Origin: an uncultured Brevundimonas sp.
Lineage (GTDB): Bacteria; Pseudomonadota; Alphaproteobacteria; Caulobacterales; Caulobacteraceae
DNA length: 46,602 nucleotides
Direction: 5' to 3'
Assembly (NCBI GenBank): GCA_964456995.1
Contig: CAYWDO010000005.1
Location: 2,813-49,414 of the forward strand
Positions 28,021 to 36,719 of the stretch are shown piece after piece (position 1 is the stretch's first letter; the number at the start of each line of letters is the position of its first letter). The translations under genes were made by a program, and so were the position numbers. The notes beneath the pieces were generated by a model. The model saw only the letters and a list, made by a program, of their open reading frames with translations, searched no databases and was not told the origin of the DNA.

Positions 28021-29778
28021 CTAGGCGCCGCTGCGCGGGGAACCTGCGGCGGAAGCAGGGAAGAGCAGATCGACGAAACGTTCAGCCGTGGGCTGGGGTT
28101 CGTGATTGGCCAGGCCTGGGCGCTCATTGGCTTCGATGAAGGCGTAGTCCGGCTGGTCCGGCGCCGTGACCATCAGATCAATGCCGGTGACAGGGATGTC
28201 GATGGCCCGCGCGGCCGCGATGGCCGCGTCCACCAGGGCAGGGTGGACGATGTCGGTGACGTCGTGGATCGTGCCGCCCAGGTGAAGATTGGCGGCCTTT
28301 CGCACCATGATCTCGACGTCCGCCGGGGCCACGTCGTCGAGCGAATATCCGGCCTCGGCCAGGGTCCGCTCTGTCTCGGCGTCGATAGGGATGCGGGACT
28401 CTCCGCCAGTGGCGGCGCTGCGGCGCCGGCTCTGCAACTCGATCAGTCGTCGAATGCTGGTGAGGCCGTCGCCGATCACCCGGGGCGGCCTGCGGACTGC
28501 GGCCGCAGCCAGCTGGAAGTCGATGATGACGAGGCGCAGATCCTCGCCCCGAACCTGTTCCTCGATGAGGACGTCGCTGCAAATGCGCCGGGCGACCGCC
28601 AAGGCGGCCTGGATCTCGCCGACGGTCTTCAATCCGACCGCAACGCCCTGACCCTGTTCCCCACGCGCCGGTTTGACGACCACCTGCCCATAGGTTTCAA
28701 GAGCGGCCTCAATAGAAGAGGGATTGTCTGGATCGACGGAGGCGGGCGTTCGGACCCCGGCGGCCGCCACGATGCGGCGCGTCATTCGCTTGTCGTCGCA
28801 GATGCTCAGGGCCACGGCGGATGTCAATTCGGACAGGCTTTCGCGGCACCGGACGGTGCGCCCTCCCCAGGTAAGTCGGAACAGGCCGCCCTCTGCATCA
28901 ATGACATCCGTAGCGATGCCCCGCCGACGGGCTTCATCGACGATGATGCGAGCGTAGGGATTCAGATCGTGATCGTCCGCCGGTCCAACAAAGAGGGCTT
29001 CATTGATCGGGTTCTTTCGCTTGACCCCGAAAAAGGAAACACGTCGAAAGCCCAGCTTCTCATACAGGGCTATGGCTTGATCGTTGTCGTGCATAACCGA
29101 CAGGTCCATGTGGGCCAGACCGCGCGTCCGAAAGTGCTCGGCCAGGCGTCGTACCAGGGCCTCGCCCACGCCCGGCTGGGTCGCCTGCGGATCGACGGCG
29201 AGGCACCACAGAGATGAGCCGTTTTCAGGATCCTTGAAGGCGCGAGGGTGATCGACCCCGGTCACGGTGCCGATGACGGCTCCTGTCGCTGTGTCCTCAG
29301 CGACAAAATAGGTCAGGGTCCGGTCGTCGCGGTGTGACCAGAAGAAGTCTGGCGGAACCGGCACCATCCGGCGCTTGGCGTAAATGTCGTTGACCGCCTG
29401 GGCGTCCATCTCGGACGCCAGGCGACGGACGGTGAACCCTCTCGGCTGGCGGCGGCTGGCGCGATAGGTGGCCAGTTCCAGCCGATAGGTGTGCGACGGA
29501 TCCAGGAACAGCTCCTGTGGCGCCGAGGCCAGTAGGACGTGCGGATTACGAACGTAGAAAGCGATGTCGCGGCGATCTGGTCCTTCGGCGCGCAAGGCCT
29601 CGACCAGGGGCTCGGCGGTCTCGAAGGTCTGGGCGAACAGCAGCCGCCCCCAACCGCAGTCCAGAACGGCGTCTGCGGTCGGCTCTTCGCCGGCCTGAAC
29701 GGGAGGCTTCAGGCCTTCGTGCCGCAGACGCTTGAGCCGGTGCGCCTTGGACCGTTCGGAGCGGACCTCAGACGCCAT
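28021..29778 (-). CDS. ngg: N-acetylglutaminylglutamine synthetase (GNAT + ATP-grasp)
   Basis: DCGWGRLLFAQTF, GSSLWCLAVDPQ, VVKPARGEQGQGV, IEANERPGLANHEPQPTAERF. Confidence 0.88.
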   Translation of the reverse strand: MASEVRSERSKAHRLKRLRHEGLKPPVQAGEEPTADAVLDCGWGRLLFAQTFETAEPLVEALRAEGPDRRDIAFYVRNPHVLLASAPQELFLDPSHTYRLELATYRASRRQPRGFTVRRLASEMDAQAVNDIYAKRRMVPVPPDFFWSHRDDRTLTYFVAEDTATGAVIGTVTGVDHPRAFKDPENGSSLWCLAVDPQATQPGVGEALVRRLAEHFRTRGLAHMDLSVMHDNDQAIALYEKLGFRRVSFFGVKRKNPINEALFVGPADDHDLNPYARIIVDEARRRGIATDVIDAEGGLFRLTWGGRTVRCRESLSELTSAVALSICDDKRMTRRIVAAAGVRTPASVDPDNPSSIEAALETYGQVVVKPARGEQGQGVAVGLKTVGEIQAALAVARRICSDVLIEEQVRGEDLRLVIIDFQLAAAAVRRPPRVIGDGLTSIRRLIELQSRRRSAATGGESRIPIDAETERTLAEAGYSLDDVAPADVEIMVRKAANLHLGGTIHDVTDIVHPALVDAAIAAARAIDIPVTGIDLMVTAPDQPDYAFIEANERPGLANHEPQPTAERFVDLLFPASAAGSPRSGA

Positions 29779-31543
29779 GCTGCTGCATCCACATTTCAAG
29801 GACGGCCACCTGCCACAACTCCGACCCGCGAAGCGGCGTGAGGCGTTCGGTCGGGTTGGAGAACAGGGTGTCCAGATAACCCTTGTCGAAAAGGCCGCGG
29901 TCACGGGCCGCCTGATTGGTCAGGGTTTCGCGGACCATCTCCAGATAAGGCCCCTGGATGTACTTCAGAGCGGGCACCGGGAAATAGCCCTTCTTGCGGT
30001 CAATCACCTCTGACGGGATCACCAAACGGGCGGCCTCCTTCAGCACGCCCTTGCCGCCCTGGGCCAGCTTGTGCTCGGGCGGAATACGGCCCGCCAACTC
30101 CACCAGTTCGTGGTCGAGGAAGGGAACGCGCGCCTCCAGCCCCCAGGCCATGGTCATGTTGTCGACGCGCTTGACCGGGTCGTCCGCCAGCATGACCTGG
30201 CTGTCCAGACGCAGGGCCTTGTCGACGGGGGTATCGGCGCGGCCTTGTGCGAAATGCGCCTCGACCAAGGCGCGGCTGACGTCGGTGTCGGCCATGTAGT
30301 CACCGTTCAACTGGGTCTTCAGCGTGTCATGGCTGCGGTCGAAGAAGGCCTTGGCGTAGGTTTCGACGGGATCGCTCGTGTCCAGCATCGGCGGGTACCA
30401 GTGATAGCCAGCGAACACCTCGTCCGCGCCCTGGCCCGACTGCACCACCTTGATGTGTTTCGAGACTTCCTGACTCAGTAGATAGAATCCGACATTGTCG
30501 TAGGACACCATCGGCTCCGACATGGCGCCGATGGTGCCTGGCAGAGCCTCCATCAGCCGCGCGTGCGGCACGAAGATCTGATGGTGGTTGGTGCCATAAT
30601 GTCTGGCGATCAGGTCGGAGTAGGCGAACTCGTCGCCCTTCTCGCCATTGGCCGCCTCGAAGCCGACCGAGAAGGTCATCAGGTTCTTCTGACCCAATTC
30701 AGCCAACAGGCCGACGATGAGGCTGGAATCGACCCCGCCAGACAACAGCACGCCGACCGGCACGTCGGCGACCATCCGCCGCTTCACCGCCTCGCGCAGG
30801 GAGGCCAGGACCTGATCGCGCCAGTCTTCGGCCGTCAGATGGGCGTCCTCTGAACGACGGGTCATGTCGGCTTGCCAGTAGATCCGGTCACGCGCCGTGC
30901 CGTCCGCCTCAATGATGCGGATCGTGGCGGGCGGAAATTTCTTCACGCCCTTCAGCAGGGTGTGGGGCGGCGGCACGACGGCGTGGAAGGTCATGTAGTG
31001 GTGCAGACCGACCGGGTCGATGCTGGTGTCCACATCCCCCGCCGCCAGTAGCGCGGGCAGGGTCGAGGCGAAGCGCAGGCGTTTGCCCTTCTCTGTCAGG
31101 TACAGAGGTTTGATGCCGAACCGGTCGCGGGCGATCACGGTGCGGCCGGTGTCGCGTTCATGCAGGACAAAGGCGAACATGCCCTTGAACCGCTCGACGC
31201 AGCCCTCGCCCCAGGCCTTCCAGGCCTTGATGATGACCTCCGTGTCGCCCTCGGAGAAGAAGCGGTAGCCGAGGCCCTGCAGCTCACGTCGCAGTTCGGG
31301 GTAGTTGTAGATGCAGCCGTTGAAAACCAGGGTGATCCCAAGCTCAGGATCGACCATGGGCTGTTGGGCCTTTTCGGACAGGTCGATGATCTTGAGGCGG
31401 CGATGGCCCAATCCGACATGCCCCCGCGTGACAATACCGGCCCCGTCAGGGCCTCGCGGCGCGAGGGCGTCGGTCATGCGTTGCAGGGCTTCGGCGTCCG
31501 CAGGACGTCCGTCGTGATTGATCTCGCCGCTCAGGCCGCACAT
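29768..31543 (-). CDS. asnO: N-acetylglutaminylglutamine amidotransferase (AsnB-like)
   Basis: Ntn N-terminus MCGLSGE, GHRRLKIIDLS, LLSGGVDSS, SGQGADEVFAGYHWY, GLEARVPFLDH; adjacent to ngg. Confidence 0.88.
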   Translation of the reverse strand: MCGLSGEINHDGRPADAEALQRMTDALAPRGPDGAGIVTRGHVGLGHRRLKIIDLSEKAQQPMVDPELGITLVFNGCIYNYPELRRELQGLGYRFFSEGDTEVIIKAWKAWGEGCVERFKGMFAFVLHERDTGRTVIARDRFGIKPLYLTEKGKRLRFASTLPALLAAGDVDTSIDPVGLHHYMTFHAVVPPPHTLLKGVKKFPPATIRIIEADGTARDRIYWQADMTRRSEDAHLTAEDWRDQVLASLREAVKRRMVADVPVGVLLSGGVDSSLIVGLLAELGQKNLMTFSVGFEAANGEKGDEFAYSDLIARHYGTNHHQIFVPHARLMEALPGTIGAMSEPMVSYDNVGFYLLSQEVSKHIKVVQSGQGADEVFAGYHWYPPMLDTSDPVETYAKAFFDRSHDTLKTQLNGDYMADTDVSRALVEAHFAQGRADTPVDKALRLDSQVMLADDPVKRVDNMTMAWGLEARVPFLDHELVELAGRIPPEHKLAQGGKGVLKEAARLVIPSEVIDRKKGYFPVPALKYIQGPYLEMVRETLTNQAARDRGLFDKGYLDTLFSNPTERLTPLRGSELWQVAVLEMWMQQHGV

Positions 31544-31608
31544 AGGCAGTCCTTGTACTGTGAATGCAGCGTGCACAAATAGTTAGCACACAAAGGAATT
31601 CAACCCTG

Positions 31609-32100
31609 GTGGATCCGATCCTCAGCCCGCACGCCGTTCCCCGGCCGGAACGCCCCGTCGATCCCACGGCCTCGCTTGTCAGATCGATGCGCCGCATCGC
31701 TCAGGCGATCGACGTGCGTTCACGTGAGATTTCGCGGCTGTCAGGCCTGACCCTGCCGCAACTGATCGTGTTGCAATCCGTCCGGTCGCTGGGCGAGGTG
31801 ACGACGCAGGCTATCTCGCGTGATGCCGCCATGTCCGCCGCGACCGTGGTCGGCGTGCTGGACAAACTGGAGGCCAAGGGCATGGTCGTGCGCTATCGCT
31901 CCACCCGTGATCGGCGTGTGGTGCACGTCCGCACGACCGAGGCCGGCCAGGCTGCCCTCGCAGATTCTCCCGACCTTTTGGGAGATCGATTCATCGCCGC
32001 CTTCGGCCAATTGCCGGTCGAGCGACGCCGCGATCTGGCGGAGGCTCTGGATGTTCTGGCGGGCTTTATGACCGCTGCGACGCCTGCCGCACCCGATTGA
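31609..32100 (+). CDS. MarR family regulator (EctR/CosR-like), divergent from NAGGN genes
   Basis: RSMRRIAQAIDVRSREISRLSGLTLPQLIVL...SAATVVGVLDKLEAKGMVVRYRSTRDRRVV. Start GTG 31609 or ATG 31564. Confidence 0.85.
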   Translation: MDPILSPHAVPRPERPVDPTASLVRSMRRIAQAIDVRSREISRLSGLTLPQLIVLQSVRSLGEVTTQAISRDAAMSAATVVGVLDKLEAKGMVVRYRSTRDRRVVHVRTTEAGQAALADSPDLLGDRFIAAFGQLPVERRRDLAEALDVLAGFMTAATPAAPD

Positions 32101-32168
32101 CCGTTGGCGAAGTCTGACAGGGCGCTGCCTCCGCCGCCGGAAACATGGATGAGGACCCGGGGCGTCGC

Positions 32169-33650
32169 CTAGTGCGACAGCCCTACAGGAAGATGACTCT
32201 TGTCGTGACGGCCCACGCGATCCACCAGTGTCTGCCCGGCCGCATTCATCCCGATGACCTGGACCTCAGCGCCCTGACGGCGATAGCGGAAGACGACCTT
32301 GTCGACGGCGGCGACGCCGGTCAGGTCCCACAGGTGCGCGTCGGTCATGTCGATCTCGACCCGCCTGGGGCTGCCGTGATGCTCGAAGGCCGCCGCAAAG
32401 ACTTCGGCCGAAGCGAAGAACAGCTGGCCCGAGACGCGATAGCGCAGCACGCCCTCTTCAGGCGTTTCGATCTCTTCGACGACGACGGTCTTGCCGACCT
32501 TGCGCATGAAGAAGACGGCCGAGAGAACCACGCCCAGCACGACGCCTTTGGACAGGTCGTGGGTGGCGACCACGGTCGCGGTCGTGGCGATCATGACGAT
32601 GGAGGACTGGAAGGGCGTGGAGCGCAGCTTCATCACGGATCCCCAGTCAAAGGTGCCGATCGACACCATGATCATGACCGCCACCAGGGCGGCCATGGGA
32701 ATCCGGGCGACCCAATCCTGAAGCACCAGGATCAGGAACAGCAGGAACAGGCCGGCCCAGAGCGTGGACAGCCGGCCGCGTGCTCCGGACGTCACGTTGA
32801 TGATCGACTGGCCGATCATGGCGCAGCCCGCCATGCCGCCGAACAGCGACGATGCGATGTTGGCGATGCCCTGGCCGCGCGTTTCGCGGTCCTTGTCCGA
32901 AGGCGTGTCGGTCAGGTCGTCCAGCAGGTTGGCGGTCAGCAGGCTTTCCAGCAGGCCTACGAAGGCCAGGGTCGCTGAGACCGGGGCGATGATGGCGAAG
33001 GTCTCCCAGGTCAGGGGCACGCTGGGCAGATGGAACATTGGAAGCGTCGAGGGCATCTGCCCCATGTCGCCGACAGTGCGCACGTCAAGCCCGGTCCAGA
33101 TGACGAAGCCGCTCAGCAGGACGATAGCCACCAGAGGCGAGGGTACAGCCTTGGTGATGCGCGGCAGGCCGTAGATGATGACCAGGGCCGCGCCCACCAG
33201 GGCGAAGGTCTGCCAGTTGGCGCCAATCAGTTCGGGCATCTGGGCCAGGAAGATCAGAATGGCCAGGGAGTTGACGAAGCCCGTCATGACGCTGCGGCTG
33301 ACGAACCTGATGTAGCGGCCCAGCTTCAGCAGGCCGATGACAATCTGAAAGACGCCGCAAAGCAGCGAGGCGGCGAACAGGTATTCCAGCCCGTGGTCGC
33401 GCACGAGGGTGACCATCAGCAGGGCCATGGCCCCGGTCGCCGCCGAGATCATGGCCGGGCGCCCGCCCACAAAGGCGATGGTCACCGCGATGACGAAGCT
33501 GGCGTAGAGGCCGACCGCAGGGTCGACGCCAGCGATGATGGAGAAGGCGATGGCCTCGGGAATGAGGGCCAGGGCCACGACCGTTCCCGCCAGCAGATCG
33601 CGACGAGGATTGGCGAGCCACTGTTGGCGCGCGGATGCAATGATGGACAT
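32169..33650 (-). CDS. SulP family inorganic anion transporter with STAS domain
   Basis: [50 protein letters not shown], and C-terminal GQLFFAS...AHLWD. Confidence 0.9.
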   Translation of the reverse strand: MSIIASARQQWLANPRRDLLAGTVVALALIPEAIAFSIIAGVDPAVGLYASFVIAVTIAFVGGRPAMISAATGAMALLMVTLVRDHGLEYLFAASLLCGVFQIVIGLLKLGRYIRFVSRSVMTGFVNSLAILIFLAQMPELIGANWQTFALVGAALVIIYGLPRITKAVPSPLVAIVLLSGFVIWTGLDVRTVGDMGQMPSTLPMFHLPSVPLTWETFAIIAPVSATLAFVGLLESLLTANLLDDLTDTPSDKDRETRGQGIANIASSLFGGMAGCAMIGQSIINVTSGARGRLSTLWAGLFLLFLILVLQDWVARIPMAALVAVMIMVSIGTFDWGSVMKLRSTPFQSSIVMIATTATVVATHDLSKGVVLGVVLSAVFFMRKVGKTVVVEEIETPEEGVLRYRVSGQLFFASAEVFAAAFEHHGSPRRVEIDMTDAHLWDLTGVAAVDKVVFRYRRQGAEVQVIGMNAAGQTLVDRVGRHDKSHLPVGLSH

Positions 33651-33663
33651 TCAGGATTTCATC

Positions 33664-33747
33664 TGGACGAGCCGCCTCTGGCAGCTCAGTTTCCCGACGG
33701 ATCGGCGGACGGGATAGCCACCCGGCCGCCAGAGAGCGCCGAGTCCA
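33664..33747 (-). ncRNA. Structured cis-regulatory leader upstream of SulP (sul1 RNA motif-like)
   Basis: Minus strand has nested stems TGGAC/GTCCA and CTCTGGC/GCCAGAG, plus a GGCGG/CCGCC and CGGG/CCCG hairpin, ending 14 nt before the SulP ATG. sul1 RNAs are known upstream of alphaproteobacterial SulP genes. Assignment from context and recall, not a covariance search. Confidence 0.55.
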
Positions 33748-33805
33748 ATGTGAACGATGTCGCTGATGGCCTGATCGCCCGTCGAATGCAAGATGCAGCG
33801 GGCGC

Positions 33806-34552
33806 TCAAGTCCCTCTGATAGCGATGGCGGAGAGGTCGGTCGCGACGTTCAGCGGCACGCCCGAGGTTTTTCGCTCGGAATAGCGATCCACCAGCTGGG
33901 CCGCATGAGGGCGGGTCAGGACGGTGAACCGAACCAGCTCCTCCATCACATCGACGATGCGGTCATAGTAGCCCGACGGCTTCATGCGGCCGTCGTCGTC
34001 AAACTCGGTAAAGGCCTTGGCCACGCTGGACTGGTTGGGGATGGTGATCATCCGCATCCAGCGGCCCAGCAGACGCAGGGTGTTGACCGCATTGAAGCTT
34101 TGCGAGCCGCCGGAAACCTGCATGACGGCCAGGGTCCGCCCCTGGGTCGGGCGCATCCCGCCCATGCTGAGCGGCAGGTGGTCGATCTGCAGCTTCATGA
34201 TCCCGGAAATCTGCCCGTGGCGCTCCGGGCTGCTCCAGACCATGCCCTCGGACCACAGAGCGTGCTCACGCAGTTCATGGACGGCCGGGTGGTCGTCGTA
34301 CTGGACCTGATCGGTCAGCGGCAGGTCGGACGGATCGAAGATACGGGTCTCACAGCCCATGAACTGTAACAGCCGCGCCGCCTCCTCGACGCACAGGCGG
34401 GAAAAGGATCGATCCCGCAGCGAGCCATAGAGCAGCAGAATACGCGGCGGATGATCGTTGGGGCCGAGATCAAACGCTGGGCGGCGGGACAGGTAGGCGG
34501 GGTCGAGCGCGGGCAGATGGTCGGGATCGGGCAGGGTGCGCAAACGGCTCAT
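33806..34552 (-). CDS. arsH: Arsenical resistance protein ArsH (NADPH-dependent FMN oxidoreductase)
   Basis: [57 protein letters not shown]. Confidence 0.93.
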   Translation of the reverse strand: MSRLRTLPDPDHLPALDPAYLSRRPAFDLGPNDHPPRILLLYGSLRDRSFSRLCVEEAARLLQFMGCETRIFDPSDLPLTDQVQYDDHPAVHELREHALWSEGMVWSSPERHGQISGIMKLQIDHLPLSMGGMRPTQGRTLAVMQVSGGSQSFNAVNTLRLLGRWMRMITIPNQSSVAKAFTEFDDDGRMKPSGYYDRIVDVMEELVRFTVLTRPHAAQLVDRYSERKTSGVPLNVATDLSAIAIRGT

Positions 34553-34974
34553 CAGCGGGCGCGGCGGCCGTCGGCGTCGATGACGACTTCGCCGTCTTCC
34601 TTGGTGAAGGGCTTGAGCCCCTCCGCCGGCAGCAGGTCCAGCACCGTCTCCGAGGGGCGGCAGAGCTTTGCGCCCAGAGGCGAAACCACGATCGGACGAT
34701 TCATGAGCACGGGATGCGCCGCGATGGCGTCGAGCAGTTGTTCGTCCGTCAGCGCGGGATCCGCAAGGCCAAGCTCCGCAAAAGGCGTACCCTTCTCGCG
34801 CAGGATGTCGCGGACCGAAACGCCCATGCGGGCCACCAGCTGTGCGACCAGGGCGCGGCTGGGCGGGGTCTTGAGATACTCGATGACATGGGGCTCGATC
34901 CCGACGTGCCGGATCAGCTCCAGGGTGTTGCGAGACGTCCCGCAGGCGGGGTTGTGATAGATGATGACGTCCAT
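34552..34974 (-). CDS. arsC: Arsenate reductase, glutaredoxin-dependent
   Basis: Real start ATG 34974, [18 protein letters not shown]; [18 protein letters not shown]; FTKEDGE. Confidence 0.93.
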   Translation of the reverse strand: MDVIIYHNPACGTSRNTLELIRHVGIEPHVIEYLKTPPSRALVAQLVARMGVSVRDILREKGTPFAELGLADPALTDEQLLDAIAAHPVLMNRPIVVSPLGAKLCRPSETVLDLLPAEGLKPFTKEDGEVVIDADGRRAR

Positions 34975-34982
34975 TGGGGAGC

Positions 34983-35318
34983 TCAATCGCAGCAGGGGGC
35001 CAGTTGGGCCAGCAGGGGTTGGCAGAGGTCGGCGCGACCTTCGCAGCAGTCCTTGAGAAGGAAGAGGACGAGGTTGCTTATCCGGTCGAGATCGGCCCGA
35101 TAGATGATGGATCGGCTCATCCGTTTCGACGTGATCAGGCCCGCGCGCAACAGAACCCCGAGGTGGGCCGACATGGTGTTGGCGGGCACAGCCAGGGCGT
35201 CGGCGATGTCCCCGGCCGCCATTCCGTTCGGCTCGTGCCGGACGAGCAGACGAAAGGCGTCCAGCCGGGTGGGCTGGGCCAGCGCGGCCAAGGCCAGCAT
35301 GGCGTGTTCCGGTTCCAT
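34983..35318 (-). CDS. arsR: ArsR family arsenic-responsive repressor
   Basis: [15 protein letters not shown]...[15 protein letters not shown]...RSIIYRA; C-terminal cysteines [10 protein letters not shown]...PCCD. Confidence 0.9.
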   Translation of the reverse strand: MEPEHAMLALAALAQPTRLDAFRLLVRHEPNGMAAGDIADALAVPANTMSAHLGVLLRAGLITSKRMSRSIIYRADLDRISNLVLFLLKDCCEGRADLCQPLLAQLAPCCD

Positions 35319-35320
35319 TA

Positions 35321-35336
35321 TTCCAAGATACTGGAA
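35321..35336. promoter_or_regulatory. Probable ArsR operator
   Basis: TTCCA-AGATAC-TGGAA inverted repeat, 2 nt from the arsR ATG, in the 80-nt arsR/arsB divergent gap. Confidence 0.6.
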
Positions 35337-35398
35337 CTATGGACTGATGCAAGCTATTGGCGGCATGGCAACAGCCGTGCCGATTTTCGGAGTTCCCC

Positions 35399-36682
35399 GT
35401 GATCCTCGCTTTGATGATCTTCGTCGTCACCATCACCCTGGTGATCTGGCAGCCGAAGGGGCTGTCGATCGGCTGGAGCGCTCTGGGCGGTGCGGCTCTG
35501 GCCCTGCTGCTCGGCGTGGTGTCGCTGGGCGATATTCCGGTCGTCTGGAATATCGTCTGGAATGCGACAGCCGCTTTCGTCGCCATCATCATCATCAGCC
35601 TTCTGCTCGATGAGGCGGGCTTCTTCGAGTGGGCGGCCCTTCATATCGGTCGCTGGGGCGGCGGTCACGGACGCCGGTTGTTCGTGCTATTCGTGCTTCT
35701 GGGCGCGGCCGTGTCTGCCCTGTTCGCCAACGACGGCGCGGCCCTGATCCTGACGCCGATCGTCATCGCCATGTTGCTGGCTCTGGGTTACGGGCCCAAG
35801 GCGACCCTGGCCTTCGTCATGGCGGCGGGCTTTATCGCCGACACGGCCAGCCTGCCTCTGGTCGTGTCAAACCTGGTCAACATCGTCTCGGCCGACTTCT
35901 TCGACATCGGTTTCGCCGACTACGCCGCCGTCATGGTTCCGGTGGATCTGGTCTCTATCGCGGCGACCCTGGTCGTACTGCTGCTCTTCTTCGGACGCGA
36001 CATCCCGAGCGCCTATGACGTGGATCGCCTGGCTGCGCCGTCGACGGCGATCAAGGACCGCACAACCTTTGTTGCCGGTTGGGTCGTCCTGGCGCTTTTG
36101 CTGGTCGGATTCTTCGCCCTGGAGCCGATGGGCGTGCCGGTTTCGGCCGTCGCTGCGGTCGGGGCTGTCGTCCTTCTGGCGGTCGCGGGGCGGGGGACGG
36201 CGATCAGCACGACGAGGGTCCTGCGCGAAGCGCCCTGGCAGGTCGTCATCTTCTCGCTGGGCATGTATCTGGTGGTCTATGGCCTGCGCAACGCAGGCCT
36301 GACCGACCATCTCGCCGGGCTGCTGGATCGTTTCGCCGAGGGCGGCGTCTGGACCTCAACGTTCGGCACGGGGTTCCTGATCGCCATCCTGTCAGCCATC
36401 GCCAACAATATGCCCACGGTCCTGATCGGGGCGCTGTCGATCGAAGCCTCGTCCGCGACAGGGGGCGTCAAGGAGGCCATGATCTACGCCAATGTCATCG
36501 GCAGCGACCTGGGGCCGAAGATGACCCCGATCGGCTCGCTGGCCACCCTGTTGTGGCTGCACGTCCTGGCCCGCAAGGGCGTTCGCATCGGGTGGGGCTA
36601 CTACTTCAAGGTCGGCGTGGTGCTGACCGTCCCCGTCCTGACCGTGACCCTGGCGGCGCTCGCTCTGAGGCTCAGTCTGTAA
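35399..36682 (+). CDS. arsB: ArsB arsenite/antimonite efflux pump
   Basis: GGAG RBS then GTG 35399; [59 protein letters not shown]. Confidence 0.92.
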   Translation: MILALMIFVVTITLVIWQPKGLSIGWSALGGAALALLLGVVSLGDIPVVWNIVWNATAAFVAIIIISLLLDEAGFFEWAALHIGRWGGGHGRRLFVLFVLLGAAVSALFANDGAALILTPIVIAMLLALGYGPKATLAFVMAAGFIADTASLPLVVSNLVNIVSADFFDIGFADYAAVMVPVDLVSIAATLVVLLLFFGRDIPSAYDVDRLAAPSTAIKDRTTFVAGWVVLALLLVGFFALEPMGVPVSAVAAVGAVVLLAVAGRGTAISTTRVLREAPWQVVIFSLGMYLVVYGLRNAGLTDHLAGLLDRFAEGGVWTSTFGTGFLIAILSAIANNMPTVLIGALSIEASSATGGVKEAMIYANVIGSDLGPKMTPIGSLATLLWLHVLARKGVRIGWGYYFKVGVVLTVPVLTVTLAALALRLSL

Positions 36683-36719
36683 ATGTGTCTGCGGGAGTGC
36701 GTCGAAAAGCCATCGGCCC

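Noticed and set aside
34975-35595. Apparent 347-aa ArsC fusion
   Set aside because: The upstream part overlaps arsR and arsB; true ArsC begins at MDVIIYHNP (34974).
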